Shown here one piece after another: positions 47,557 to 61,091 of a stretch of DNA of 64,000 nucleotides. The stretch spans positions 11,160,001 through 11,224,000 of the forward strand of contig OZ249442.1 of NCBI GenBank assembly GCA_965235115.1, read 5' to 3'. The first letter of the stretch is position 1. The number at the start of each line of letters is the position of its first letter. Under the pieces are notes generated by a model. The model did not search any database, was not told the DNA's origin, and saw only the letters and a list, made by a program, of their open reading frames with translations. The stretch comes from Laetmonice hystrix. Taxonomy: Eukaryota. Made by a program: the position numbers and the translations under genes.

Positions 47557-50524
47557 TCAGATCCCTGCTCAAGTCTCCTCAATCCACACTTTGTTTATAC
47601 AACGCTATTTTCTACCAGTTTGAATTATCGCTGACCCTACGTCATCGATCACGTGATGGGGATACCTTCCTCGGTTTGGCAATACGAAAAGTGGGTCATC
47701 GCCGGATGTTTTTCTTTGGCTGTTCAAGTCAATGACAGGTCAACTATTTTGTTCACAACGACGATGGCTTCATAACGACAACAGGAAACTGGAATGTTGA
47801 ATTTTATTATATTTCTCATTTTCTGTGTGTATACATTACTATTGATTTATTGATCTAACCTAATTAACAGTGAAATAAGAGATATTTGACTTGCTTTACT
47901 GGGACCTTCCTTTCAAGTATAATTTTGCCATTTTCCCAGACTGAACCTTTAAAACTCGGTAATAGGAAGTGCAGAAGAGAGACCCAAGCGTGACAACTAA
48001 GTTTACTGTTTCGCTGGTAAAGTTACAGTTTTCTACAGTTTGCCGTTTTTACCAGTTTCACGCCAGGACATAGCGGTGCTGTTGGCACGGAAGCGATAGC
48101 TCGGTCTCACAGCTCGGTCTCACAGCTCGGTCTCACAGCTCGGCCGACTGGATTGATGTGACTGTGATTTATAATATTTGATGAAAAATCCAGGCAGAGG
48201 AGCTGAACGTTAAAAAATGGCGTGCTTAATATTTTAACTGCAATGTTAACACCTTTTTCACGGCCAGCCATGCGACCTGTCGACGAGACCTGTCAATCAT
48301 GGTCCCATCTGACCCGTTACAACGCCGCCATTGTGTGTGGGTGCCTTACTCCACCAACGTGTTACATAAAGCGACATCTGTCGACATTGGAAGCATATAA
48401 TTATAAGTCGGGACGGATCCGGGCGAACTAACCTCCCGATATGTCATTTGCTGAAGCCGTCATTTAATGTAGTTAATTTGCACAACGCTTATTCTAACCG
48501 GTTCAGCAAACCCTAATCACCTTGGTATGTTATGAGAGACAAGGAATTATAATCCTTTTAAAGTTAGGAAGACTGTGACCATAATTAACGTTACAGGACA
48601 GTTCCGAACTAATGGAGATTTAACAGAATGTGGCTGATTAGAGCAAAACCAAAATTCACCCCAGAATGTTTCTATAAGATGCCCCCTTTAAAACCTCCCT
48701 GTGAGGTGTTGAGGGGGTAGATATAGAAATCTGCCCCTGGTTAACTTGTCAAGTAGGTCTTTCACCCGTGTGGCCGACCTGTGGGAACAACATGTTTTTA
48801 TCGACTGCCTGTAACATGGCCTGTGAATGCCACAGGTGTGGAGCGGCAAGGGGCGGGTCAGGTTAGCGTCACCTCTTGATTCCTAAGTCATCCCGCCTGC
48901 CGGTGGTCCATGAAAAGGTAGATTCAGAAGGAGGTGTGATGTTGATGGGGTAATGCGACAAGCAATTGGTGACAACCACCAGGTGGTGGGCGTCCTGGGT
49001 TATGCACCCTCCAAGCTGCTTACACGGATTACGTTAATCCTGTAAACGCTTATACCTGGATTATTTGAGTATGTCAGCGATTATCCCGTCTACAAAGGAC
49101 TTCCGTGGTTGTATCCATGAGACATGACGGGGGCACGTCAGTTACGAGTCAATCAGTCAATCAAACGTGTCATTCGGTTAGTAAATGTGTTTTGTTGAGG
49201 TGGAAGGTTTTAACGACAGGCTTGGAGAGAAGCACGGCCCAGTGCTGGGTCGGTGCTGGTGCTCCTGATCTGGGCACACGCTCAGATCGGTCGGGGGCTG
49301 GGCACTCTGTTGTTAGGGCTCTCACCCAGAGCCCCCGGGATGATCCACCACTGTTTGTGACCGTGATCCGTAGGATCTACCACGACACCTGCTGGAGCTA
49401 CTCGGTGGTTTACTGAACACATTCCAGGCATGGCCACGTCCGGGCAGCCCTACGACTGGCTCCTAGGATAGGGGAATCGTAATACAGGCTCACGTCGCCT
49501 GGTTCTGACAACAGGCTCCCGCACCAACCCCCATCTTCTCAAGGCAACACATGCTCTCCGGAAACAAGCAATGGGGCTGGCCAGTTTAAGGTTCCCACGT
49601 GTGAGAAGGGGTATGCGGCCTCCACTCCTGGACCTACGCCAGTTACCTTTTTTTCGTCGCAGTTTCTTTTGTACATCTAGACACTTTCGGACTTTAGAAT
49701 TGCGTTTAATGCAGTTGATAGCACAAGAAGAGTTTGTTTATCTCTGCATAGAGCAGCTTTAGCAATCTTGTTTTTACTTGTCTTCAATATCTCCTCACAA
49801 TACCCATTCAAAGATAAATAAGTGAATAAATGAATAAATACCCCGGCCCCTTTTTTGGTAGTTTATCACTGGTTGGGCCGTCAGAACCATGCGTAGAGAG
49901 GTTCATCGGACGAGCTCCAGTTGGACTTGCTCCAACTGTGCCTCGCTCAGGTCCTGAGCTGAGACTCTGCCAGCACTGTCCACGTGTTAGTCAATTACAT
50001 CTGTCAAACGTTTCAATTTTACCAGTCACTACATGGCGATCGGCCACGCCAAACTTCTTCTCGTCGCTTTGTTGGTTAACAGGCAATTTTCCGGTCCGGT
50101 TGGCACTTTCTGGTTATTTCGGGGCCCTGGCCTCTTCAACCATCTAAGTAAAGTGCCCTGTAGTGTCAGGCCCTTGCATGCTCAGACCTCTGCAATTTGT
50201 AAACTGTCCAACCCTCTTCCCTTCATGAAGCAGCCCAAAGTATATATTGGAAGGGCAGCAGTGCGACATTAGGAACTGGAGTATTTGTGGTGTCACAGTC
50301 CAATGACCACTGCATGGTGCAAGACAATAGGATGGTATAGAATGGCTGCGGGGAAGACTCCTTGCTTCAGGGGTGAGACTTTGGCCACTTCAACCACAAA
50401 TATCCACAAAATGGAAGGCCTAGTGTCAAACCGTACACAACACGTCCTTTCAACATGACCGATTGACGATAGCTCCGACAAGGCACTATTTTCTCTGAGA
50501 CTGCACCGACTTACCCTCTTCTGG

Positions 50525-50540
50525 TCGCAAGGGGGCGCTG
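50525..50540 (+). promoter_or_regulatory. Isolated CTCF-like motif
   Basis: TCGCAAGGGGGCGCTG. Confidence 0.35.
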
Positions 50541-51382
50541 CAGCTCAAGTGGCCGGTATGCGACCTGCAGCTCAAGCGGGTGTGTCGAAGCTACCAGCAT
50601 ACATCAGTGGGCCGGCTATGGCGCCCTGACAAATGCCTCCCCTTAAGGCGGTGAATGCTTGCACTTAAACTGATTGTCAGATATCAGAGGTTACCTTTAA
50701 GGACCGACCTGATGAGACGGTTCGGCTCGTTGTGTTCGGCCAACAATTGCTCTGGTCTGGTCTTAATTGAAGTATTTTGATGCATTTTAATTTAATAATA
50801 TACAACAGCGTCTATAGGCAAGGCTTTCCCCGCAAAATGAAGAAAGAAACAAAAACTGTCGGGTGCGCTGTAAGCATACCCGATACTCATGTATACTTTT
50901 TGTTACGGTAAACGATTATTTTCCAGAGAGAATATTTAGAACGCTGTAATAAGTGGATAAAAGTTTGAAAACTGGCGCAGGTTTCAGAAGATAAGTATCT
51001 CCTACTGATTCCGTCCGACTTTACGCCAGGTGATGTAGCGCCTATCTTGTGATTTCTAGCAGAGCATGGCCTCGGAACTTAAGGTCCCGTGAAGCTCAAG
51101 GGAATACAGAGTGATGCATGAGCTATGCATCTCAACTCAGCTCAAGCTCAGCTCATAGCATGAGCTATGCATCTCAACGAAAAGTTTTTGGTATTATTTA
51201 AATAAATGTGAATTTGGGTTCTTGTAACTTGTATTGCCCTTATAATAGGCGCATTCTGTACCCTTTCTGTAATATTAGAGCACTGATTATTGTAACATTC
51301 TAAGTTTAGTTTGCCCCGGGGCTCACCAACTGACCTAGGGTGAAAGTCTTGTGCCCAACACTGTACCAGCACTCTGGTCGAG

Positions 51383-51621
51383 GGGTGGGTGGGTGGGTGT
51401 TCGGGGGTTTACGCCTTGCAACAGCCAGGGTCATATCACGACGGTGAAGATGATGATGAAAGTCGGTTTTTCTTGGTGGAGGAAAGCGGAGTACCCGGAG
51501 GAAACCACCGGCTTTCGTGAAGGAACTGACTGACAAACCTTTCACACATGCAGTGGTGTGAGGCGATGGTCCTAGGTGTCATGAGCCAACACGTTAAACG
51601 ACTCGGCCACCCAAGGCCCCC
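51383..51621 (-). mobile_element. tRNA-derived SINE with V-domain-like core, 11-bp TSD
   Basis: Minus strand: GGGGCCTTGGGTGGCCGAGTCG (A-box-like) ... GGTGGTTTCCTCCGGGTACTCCGCTTTCCTCCACC ... (ACCC)n tail; TSD CTCTGGTCGAG at 51372-51382 and 51622-51632. No clear B box. Confidence 0.85.
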
Positions 51622-52402
51622 CTCTGGTCGAGACTACAGGAAGTCGGGATAAGTTCTTCTAAACTCTCTCTCTATAAGTTTCCGTATAAAAGAGGTCGTT
51701 ACTGTGATAACCATGAGGAAGTCTTCCCTTGTGGCTGTCTATCTGGCTGGAGGTCACATATTCCGGAAGTAGCCCAGAACGAGGCCCTCCTGGGTCGGTA
51801 TGCGCAGGTATGTTCATCACTTCCGGTTTCTGGTAACTCAAACCATTAGAGGATTCACAACACGTCGTGGAATCCCTTCGAGCAGCTTAAAGGCTGTCCG
51901 GACAGAGGACAGTTTATAATTACAGAAAGATGCAAGGCAAAATATGATTTAGTAGGGCATTTTAGAATAGCCACAAACATCTTCAAGTATAATCAATATG
52001 TACATGGGTATTATAGATAATATACACCAAAGTCCTTTTGTCAACCGGTAACAGGAAAATTGATATACGACCTAATCGATTTAAGGCTGTTTTCCCCGGC
52101 CTGTTGAAGATTTCTATTGACGGACCGTGAGGACCTAGGGACCAGATAAGGTCCAATCCTCGGCAATACGACCCGCGCAGGTCTCCGTGGACCACAGGAG
52201 GGTCAGTAAACATGGAATTAACAAGTTAAGGTCCCCTAGTCACGGCGACAGACATCATGGTCGAGCTGTTGATATTTGTGAGTTGAGAGTTATAACCCCC
52301 ATTTAACGGTTGTTATATCGTGGTGTATTCCATTGTATTCTGGGGGTGCTAGTGGCCACAAACACCGCGTGCTTAAAACATAGAATTTTCACTTTATCGG
52401 CG

Positions 52403-53158
52403 CGACATCCGACATCCGACATCAGGCATTAGATATCCGACATCCAACATCAGGCATTAGACATCTGACATCCGACATCCGACATCCGACATCCGACATC
52501 CGACATTAGACATCCGACATCCGACATCCGACATCCGACATCCGACATCCGACATTAGACATCCGACATCCGACATCAGACATCAGACATCCGACATCAG
52601 ACATCAGACATCCGATATCAGACATCAGACATCAGGCATTAGACATCCGACATCCGACATCCGACATCAGACATCCGACATCAGGCATTAGACATCCGAC
52701 ATCCGACATCAGGCATTAGACATCCGACATCCGACATCCGACATCAGGCATTAGACATCCGACATCCGACATCCGACATCAGACATCCGACATCCGACAT
52801 CCGACATCCGACATCCGACATCCGACATCCGACATCCGACATCCGACATTAGACATCCGACATCCGACATTAGACATCCGACATCCGACATCCGACATTA
52901 GACATCCGACATCCGACATCCGACATCCGACATCAGACATCAGACATCAGACATCAGACATTAGACATCCGACATCCGACATTAGACATCAGGCATTAGA
53001 CATCCGACATCCGACATCAGGCATTAGACATCCGACATCAGACATCAGACATAAGGCATTAGACATCCGACATCCGACATCCGACATTAGACATCCGACA
53101 TCCGACATTAGACATCCGACATTAGACATTAGACATCCGACATCTGACATCAGACATT
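52403..53158. repeat. Heptamer microsatellite (GACATCC with GACATCA/GACATTA/GGCATTA variants), ~108 units
   Basis: Direct reading. Confidence 0.96.
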
Positions 53159-55867
53159 GATCAGACAAGCAAAAGACCGCAGATATCAATGATTCAGAAC
53201 TGTAAAATGCCAGTAATTTTTTTTTTTTTTGATTTATCGCTATTTCATCAGCTGCCCTCCGTAGTTTTTGGCCGCCGGGGTTGAGTACACCTGTACGCAT
53301 AGCGAGAAGGGGGTGGGGGTCTGTGGGTGTTAGACACGTTACTACCAACCCCTACTGGGGGCCCGGCTATACAAATGGTAACACGTTAAGATCAATTATC
53401 ATCTTTATCTTGCGGTCAGGTATGTCATCTTCATAATGGAGGAGTGTCGACGCTAATGACTGGTTGTACCTTTACCTGTGAAAATAGCTGACGGGATATT
53501 CGTCACACCAAATGCACCTGGCGAACTCCTGGCGCTGCGGTTGCCTACAATGGGACCAACCTAATCGGACTGGCTCTTTTGTGGCGTTCGGTCCTTGCGG
53601 CTACTTGTGAGAGAGCGACGGCATGCCGTGAAGGAGCGGCCCGGGCGATCGGTCGGTCGGGCTGGCAGGCAGGCGACCTTGCCTCTGGACTGACCCTTGG
53701 TACGTCCGGAGCAAGCCCCCCGCCCCTCACCCCCACCCGCACCACCGCCAACACCCCCTTCTACTTCTCATCACACCTATACCTGGGCCAATGTGGGCAT
53801 GCTCAGGTATCGCTGGAATTCGGCCTGGACGAATGACCCTGTCAAACCGAGGTGTCGGACAAACCTCCAGGAACGGCAACAGGAATTTAGAAAAGGACAC
53901 TTTTAGGGCTGGGAGCCAAGGGGGCTCGGTGGCTATTGTTAACGGGTTCTCCGATTGCCGACAGGGGGCGTTGTGCACTAATATCGAGTGCCATACAGTA
54001 GCGCTCAGAGGACACCCAACAGCTTTGGTTACATCTCCATATACACAGAAAAAATTCAGGGTTAGCATGTTGGACATGTACGTTTCTCAAAGTTCGCCTT
54101 TTTATATTTTCTAATAAAGTTTTGAAATATTCGTCAAATTGACTAACATTCGCAAAAAGGTTGGTCATCATACGATACAGAGCGCCACCAAACAGGACTT
54201 TGAAGCATATTTTCACAAGAACGCCGCCATGATGGACAATGCAGCGCTTCCAAGGTAAATGAATTTTCCTGAAATAGCATTTTGTTTTGTCCCCCTGTTT
54301 GTGATTTTTGTGTCATGTGTAGAAGATATGTTCTGGATCATAGATTCTACCTCTTTCTTGTGGTTTGAAATCAGGTGCCCTTGAACTAGATCAAAAAGTC
54401 TCACTCCCATTTAAAAATGGTGGCGCCAAATTAGCGGTTATACACGTAACCAGTCGGATAGTGACGAGAGTGGAATGCCACCGAGCCAGAGGAAAGGAGG
54501 GCGGGGCTTGGGTTTGAATGGGGGAGGGAAGCACGCCCCCTTTGTTTTTTTAAATTTTTCCTTGTCTGGTGTAGGCCTGTTTATCCAGTCTAATTTACTA
54601 GACCTCCAATTACTGGGTCAAATTCAACAGGAACAGCAGCCCACTGAGCCAGACTAAGGCCAAAGACCCTTCCTTGCTAAGGTTAAGCACCGACGCCCCA
54701 CTCTCACATGCTATAGGAGGTAGCATAGATTCACAGGAATCCCCCCTTCGCCTCAGCGATTTTGATTTTGAATGTTGACCCCTTAACAAGAGTGACCTAA
54801 AATTTAAATATTTCCTTCCAGTTTGTTTGGTCATCTTTTAAAAGTAATTTAATTGTAATGTTATACAGACTCGACTGTTGAGCTCATTCATTTTTCATTT
54901 TTTCAGGGAAGAGAAACAGAAGAGCACACATTTCTGATGGACACCGAAAGCTTCAACACAGAGACGGAAAACGGAGAAAACAACCTGAATAAATTTAAGT
55001 AGGGGATCATGATTGTATACATTCAATTACTTTTTAAATATTACATAATAGCCATGTTAACTGTCCATGGTATTTGAGAACTACTTTACAAAGAGAAAAT
55101 AAGAACTATGCAAGGTAGACACGTCAAGTTTTGATGGATTTGTCTGATAAAAGTATGAATAAAGGTTATTTTCATATAAATGGTATTGAACTCTTATAAT
55201 TTATACTTGTATCTTGATAGAAATATACGTTGATCCCACTACTTGTCGTTCATTAGCATGTAATTATTTAACAATAGTTCATTTTTCAGTTTAAATAACA
55301 AATATTTTGAACCTTGTCAAAGTCTCATATGTAAAAATGAAATCAATTCTCCTTCTAGTTTGACACAATGTTAGTCAGTATGACCAAGATACTTCGTCAT
55401 AGTCATAGTTAAAGTCACCCTTAGTCACAATAAGTAGATCACTGGTGCTGGCGAACCTTGTTAGACTGTTAGTCAAAATGGCTAAGAATTTTAAAAAAGG
55501 TTCGGACATTTCTCCATCGTCAAAAACGCGAACATTTTGCTGATTTTTTAGCGTTTTTGACTAACATTCTAACCCTGAATTTTTTCTGTGTACCATTGGA
55601 GAAATCTTAATGAAAATTACTCTATCATCATTGTGACGGCTATAGACTGGCCCCCACCTGGCTACCAAAACTTGCCATGTTCCCGCCTCCCCTCCCACCG
55701 TGCAGCCAGACTCCCCGCCCCCTTTTACATAGATCCCCAAAGTTGAGCCAGGGGTTGGTCCGTTATCAGTGAGCTCAAAGCGTGTCAGTGACGGGTCTGG
55801 TCGTAGAAGGCGGGAGAGCCACCGTCCGTCTCCAATGACGCCAGGGGCCAGTGATACGATATAGGGA

Positions 55868-56592
55868 CAGGGAGTCGATGGGACAACCCTTCCCCTACAC
55901 CCCTCGTGGAGCCAGAGACCAGTGACACGTTAGTGGCGGGTCTGAGAGGGAGTCGATGGGACAACCCTTCCCCTACACCCCTCGTGGAGCCAGAGACCAG
56001 TGACACGTTAGTGGCGGGTCTGAGAGGGAGTCGATGGGACAACCCTTCCCCTACACCCCTCGTGGAGCCAGAGACCAGTGACACGTTAGTGGCGGGTCTG
56101 AGAGGGAGTCAATGGGACAACCCTTCCCCTACACCCCTCGTGGAGCCAGAGACCAGTGACACGTTAGTGGCGGGTCTGAGAGGGAGTCAGTGGGACAACC
56201 CTCGCCCTACACCCCTAGTGGAGCCAGGGGCCAGTGACACGTTAGTGCCGGGTCTGACAGGGAGTCGATGGGACAACCCTCCCCCTACACCTCTAGTGGA
56301 GCCGACCAGTGACACGTTAGTGGCGGGTCTGAGAGGGAGTCAGTGGGACAACCCTCGCCCTACACCCCTAGTGGAGCCAGGGGCCAGTGACACGTTAGTG
56401 ACGGGTCTGACAGGGAGTCAATGGGACAACCCTCGCCCTACATCCCTAGTGGAGCCAGGGACCAGTGACACGTTAGTGGCGGGTCTGAGAGTGAGTCGAT
56501 GGGACAACCCTCGCCCTACACCCCTAGTGGAGCCAGGAACCAGGGACACGTTAGAGACGGGTCTGAGAGTGATTGACACGTTAGTGGCGGGT
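55868..56592. repeat. 78-bp tandem repeat, ~9 copies
   Basis: Unit gagggagtcgatgggacaacccttcccctacacccctcgtggagccagagaccagtgacacgttagtggcgggtctga; one plus frame is open (ORF 55906-56637). Confidence 0.95.
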
Positions 56593-58491
56593 TCTGTAGG
56601 TCCTGCTTCCACGCTGACCCCCACAATACGTCAGTGACGTGTCTGAGCGGAAAGCGGCGGAAACACGTCCGACGTAATTCAGGGCCCAGCTGTATAGTGG
56701 TTGGTGTACGCTGGGGATGTCTACGGAAGCCCGCAGGTACCAACTTACACAACCAAAAAGACACAGTCGGACGCACAGTGCATCAATTACTCATGCAACT
56801 AAAAGCCTCTAAGGCAATTTGACTTGGCACCTTCATAGATTTACATCTACAGTTGCAGTAGTGTCCATTAAGGAAAGTTAGTTCGAAAAGGCAGACAAAT
56901 GTTGACGATTCTATGGCCACTGGGGATGCGTGTTTTCTCAGTGATCTAGCGGAATGGATGCCAGTGGAACTTGATGAGCAAGCGTGCACAATTTAGCGAA
57001 GACAATAATTAACGTTACAAGCTCTTGACAGGCAGGAAGTACGGATATGGAATAAGTAAGGGTTTATTTGGGATTCTGTAGTGCTGAAAGAATTTACAAT
57101 TATTGTCGAGGTGTAGGGCGTATTATGCCCTATAGCATTGAGGGGGGGGGGGGGTGCCAGAAACGCTGACAAAGCTGGCGTAAAATATTATAAACTTTAT
57201 GAAATATGCCCATGACGTAAATATATGTGATATATGCGGTAAATATAAACGTAGACTTTGTCAGAATCTCATGCATTCATCGCAATCACATCGCCAATGT
57301 TAAAAGAATAGAGACTCAGTTCCTTTTTAAGAGAATCCATGTTACCTTCTATAACTCTTTCCACTCTCAAAATATTAGATATGTCTTTGATCAACGTGTC
57401 AAAATCACACTGAAGTAAACCTATCCCACAGTCCTGATTCAATAGCAAGAAGATTGGATTCAAATAGAAAACTCCTTGCCATAACAATGTTCTTAATCTA
57501 TACATAGTTGTGAAATCTATTGTCACCATCTGCTGATTGATTCAATGAATTCAGAATACGTCTTCAATGTGTGCAGGACCCGTGATGTCGGGGGGTGGGG
57601 TGGGATGGGGAAGGCGTGGGCGTGTTTTCAGACCATGTCCCACTAAATGAGGTGAACCTGTACAAGTGGACCCTGCCGAACGCTTGGGGTGCCGCACGCG
57701 GCCCGCACGCGGCCCGCCCACGCCAACACCCGGCGTCTCAACATTTACTTACGTCCCGTAATCAGCGCACGCGCACGGACGCCCAAATCGAAAACCGACG
57801 AATCGGGCAGAGGTCCGGGCCAATCGGCGTTTGGATAGTCTTCCTTGTTTGTCTAACATCTTGGAAACAAGCGCGTGGGAGGCATACTTCACGAGAGACT
57901 TTATCATATACCAAACTTTTCTGCAATTTGGTGCATAACAGAAAGTAGCGTGCAGGCAGGATGGATTTAGTAAAAAGTACGTGGGCTGTCCTTCGAGTTA
58001 TCACAATTATTATCATATAAACCAGTTGAAAATGGAACAGACACGAAATTTATTTGGTACTTAAGTTTTAAAAATGGTATACCCCTGCGGTTCTAAAGTG
58101 CATATTCTCATTGAAGGAAGTTTTATTTCCCATAATTAAATTTAACCGTATGATTGTTGTGTTTACCGACTGATGTGTATCCGATAGCCTCCACACTCCC
58201 CTTTTCTTTGCTTGGCCTCACAGTAACGACCACGGAAAATTATTACCGCCAGGGAAACGAAATCCACCAGGCCTATTATATTATATAAATAAAAGAACCC
58301 CATCAGATGTAATTGAAAGTTAGGACAAACACACACTATTGTTTAATGAACCATTATGCCCAAGATGTCCTCTTCAAAATAAGACCCTGAGTTTGAAATC
58401 TTTGCCGCGAATGGCATCCTCCGTATTACAGAATATTCTGTAGTTTTCATAGAATCCGCAATTACATAATGTATCCCTTGTTGCTACATGC

Positions 58492-58844
58492 NNNNNNNNN
58501 NNNNNNNNNNNNNNNNNNNNNNNNNNNNNNNNNNNNNNNNNNNNNNNNNNNNNNNNNNNNNNNNNNNNNNNNNNNNNNNNNNNNNNNNNNNNNNNNNNNN
58601 NNNNNNNNNNNNNNNNNNNNNNNNNNNNNNNNNNNNNNNNNNNNNNNNNNNNNNNNNNNNNNNNNNNCTCCCTTCTCTNNNNNNNNNNNNNNNNNNNNNN
58701 NNNNNNNNNNNNNNNNNNNNNNNNNNNNNNNNNNNNNNNNNNNNNNNNNNNNNNNNNNNNNNNNNNNNNNNNNNNNNNNNNNNNNNNNNNNNNNNNNNNN
58801 NNNNNNNNNNNNNNNNNNNNNNNNNNNNNNNNNNNNNNNNNNNN
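58492..58844. other. Runs of N (probably masked CT-rich simple repeat)
   Basis: N blocks interrupted by ctcccttctct at 58668-58678. Confidence 0.9.
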
Positions 58845-60184
58845 CCTCCCGGGGGCGTGCGGCGTTTGTCCCGTGTCTATAGTTGGCACGTTTGGCACGA
58901 TATCTTAACTTTCACCGACTCGCATTGCCGCCTGAATACAAATTTTGCCAAAATGTTCTGTGTTTCCGAGGGCTTCCAATCCAGTCGCAATAAAGTTTGC
59001 ATAAAGATTGGACTTGTACAGTTTTCCAGGAACGGCTGATATATTGCCAGACACAAAGCATATTTAGTTGTATAGTCATCCTTTACCTTAGTAACCTGGC
59101 ACTGACCTATGAGGAGGTCAGATGCGAACCTCGACATCCTTTCGATTTGAAACTGTCCCCGCCTCACGAGGTCAACAATGTTTTTATCACCTTCTGTGCG
59201 CCATGCATGTTTCAACGAACATCAAGCACAAAAACAAGAGTAAAGTTAACAGAAATAATTGCCAGAAAAAGTTATAGCCATAACTTTTTTTTATAACTTT
59301 TATTGCCTGAGGGAATTATTACAAGTGGAGGAGGGGGTTGTATGGGTTGAAGGTATACAGTCGCACGTACCTACAAGTAACATGGTGGCAACTGGCCACT
59401 CAGGGCGACCAGCCCATCATCAACAACCTCAAGATTCGGTGATTCGGCAAAACAACTCTATACATGTACATACACGGGCGACATTCCCATGACTGGGGCG
59501 TCATTTGAAGATATACCTTCTTACATATGGAGATGCACATACGGCAGGGTCGGATCCAAGTGGTCTGGATCCCGTTTGTGTCAATTTTATGTTTCATATA
59601 CCAATTTCATGAATTAACCTTCAATACGCTTCTGTTTGTGGACTTTCTCTTTTGACACCCCCCCCCCCATTCCCCTCCCCCGTGCCCTTTCCAAATAATG
59701 TACCTGCCCCGGAATATTGACTGCATGCCTGGCACCTTCATCTATTGTAGTTGTGAGTATCAGTTTAAGATTTCTCTACAGTAATGTTTTGTTGATGGCG
59801 GGAAGCGGTGTTCTCAGACGGTCATGGCGGTCATGTGGGGGGGGGGGGGGGGGCTGGTTGGGAGTCTGTTCGTGGAAACCACCGCCAGGGGGGACAGTCC
59901 CCCCTGGTCGGTACAGGTGTCCGTTAAACCCACCTGGAGTCCCCCCCCCTCCCGCCTCGAGTTTCCCTTGTGCAGTCGTGTACCAAACCGCGCTATGAGC
60001 TCGGCGTCTTGCTTTGGGTCAGAAACCCAAGGATGCAGTTCACAAAATGGTCCTCGGCGTCATTATCTATATATGGACGCGGATACCTGGCCGCACAGTA
60101 TAGACCTTTGGTATAGGTGCGGGTGATGGACCGTCAGGGGGCGGCTATGTAACGTTATAGCAAAGTGGTTGGTCGGATATCATG

Positions 60185-60899
60185 GCATTCGATAGGTGGG
60201 GTGGTGGTGGTGGGGGGGGGGGCAGGGGGGAGCATTCGATAGGTGGGTGGTGGTGGGGGGGAGCATTCGATAGGTGGGGTGGTGGTGGGGGGGGGAGCAT
60301 TCGATAGGTGGGGTGGTGGTGGTGGGGCATTCGATAGGTGGGGCGGGGGGGAGCATTCGATAGGTGGGGCGGGGGGGAGCATTCGATAGGATGGGTGGTG
60401 GTGGGGGGGGGGCAGGGGGGAGCATTCGATAGGTGGGGCAGGGGGGAGCATTCGATAGGTGTGGGGGGGAGCATTCGATAGGTGTGGGGGGGAGCATTCG
60501 ATAGGGGGGGCAGGGGGGAGCATTCGATAGGTGTGGGGGGGAGCATTCGATAGGGGGGCAGGGGGAGCATTCGATAGGGGGGCAGGGGGGAGCATTCGAT
60601 AGGTGGGGCAGGGGGGAGCATTCGATAGGTGGGGCAGGGGGGAGCATTCGATAGGTGTGGGGGGGAGCATTCGATAGGTGTGGGGGGGAGCATTCGATAG
60701 GTGGGGCGGGGGGAGCATTCGATAGGTGGGGCGGGGGGGGGGTGGAGCATTCGATAGGTGGGGCGGGGGAGCATTCGATAGGTGGGGCGGGGGGAGCATT
60801 CGATAGGTGGGGCGGGGGGAGCATTCGATAGGTGGGGCGGGGGTGGGGGGTGGTGGAGCATTCGATAGGTGGGGCGGGACGGGGTGGGGCATTCGATAG
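60185..60899. repeat. G-rich minisatellite: invariant core GCATTCGATAG x26 with variable G-run linkers
   Basis: I counted 26 cores; linkers are made of G-runs with T/C/A interruptions. Confidence 0.95.
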
Positions 60900-60945
60900 T
60901 CTGTTTGTCAGTCGCTCACTGTAGAACAAACATGTAATATTTTCC

Positions 60946-61091
60946 NNNNNNNNNNNNNNNNNNNNNNNNNNNNNNNNNNNNNNNNNNNNNNNNNNNNNNN
61001 NNNNNNNNNNNNNNNNNNNNNNNNNNNNNNNNNNNNNNNNNNNNNNNNNNNNNNNNNNNNNNNNNNNNNNNNNNNNNNNNNNNNNNNNNNN
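60946..61091. other. Run of N (probably masked CT repeat)
   Basis: Flanked by tttcc and ttccccctctctctc. Confidence 0.9.

Noticed and set aside
54229-55001. GCCGCCATG mini-exon (54229-54254) spliced to the acceptor at 54907
   Set aside because: Yields only an 18-aa peptide; more likely a remnant inside a repeat.
57693-57725. gccgcacgcggcccgcacgcggccc resembling hAT-Charlie subterminal motifs
   Set aside because: No matching opposite end or TSD found.
60145-60929. Three proline-rich minus ORFs of ~240 aa, and a CRISPR-like constant-core/variable-spacer look
   Set aside because: Translations of C-rich repeat in all frames with indels of any length; linkers are G-runs rather than unique spacers, there are no cas genes, and the context is eukaryotic.
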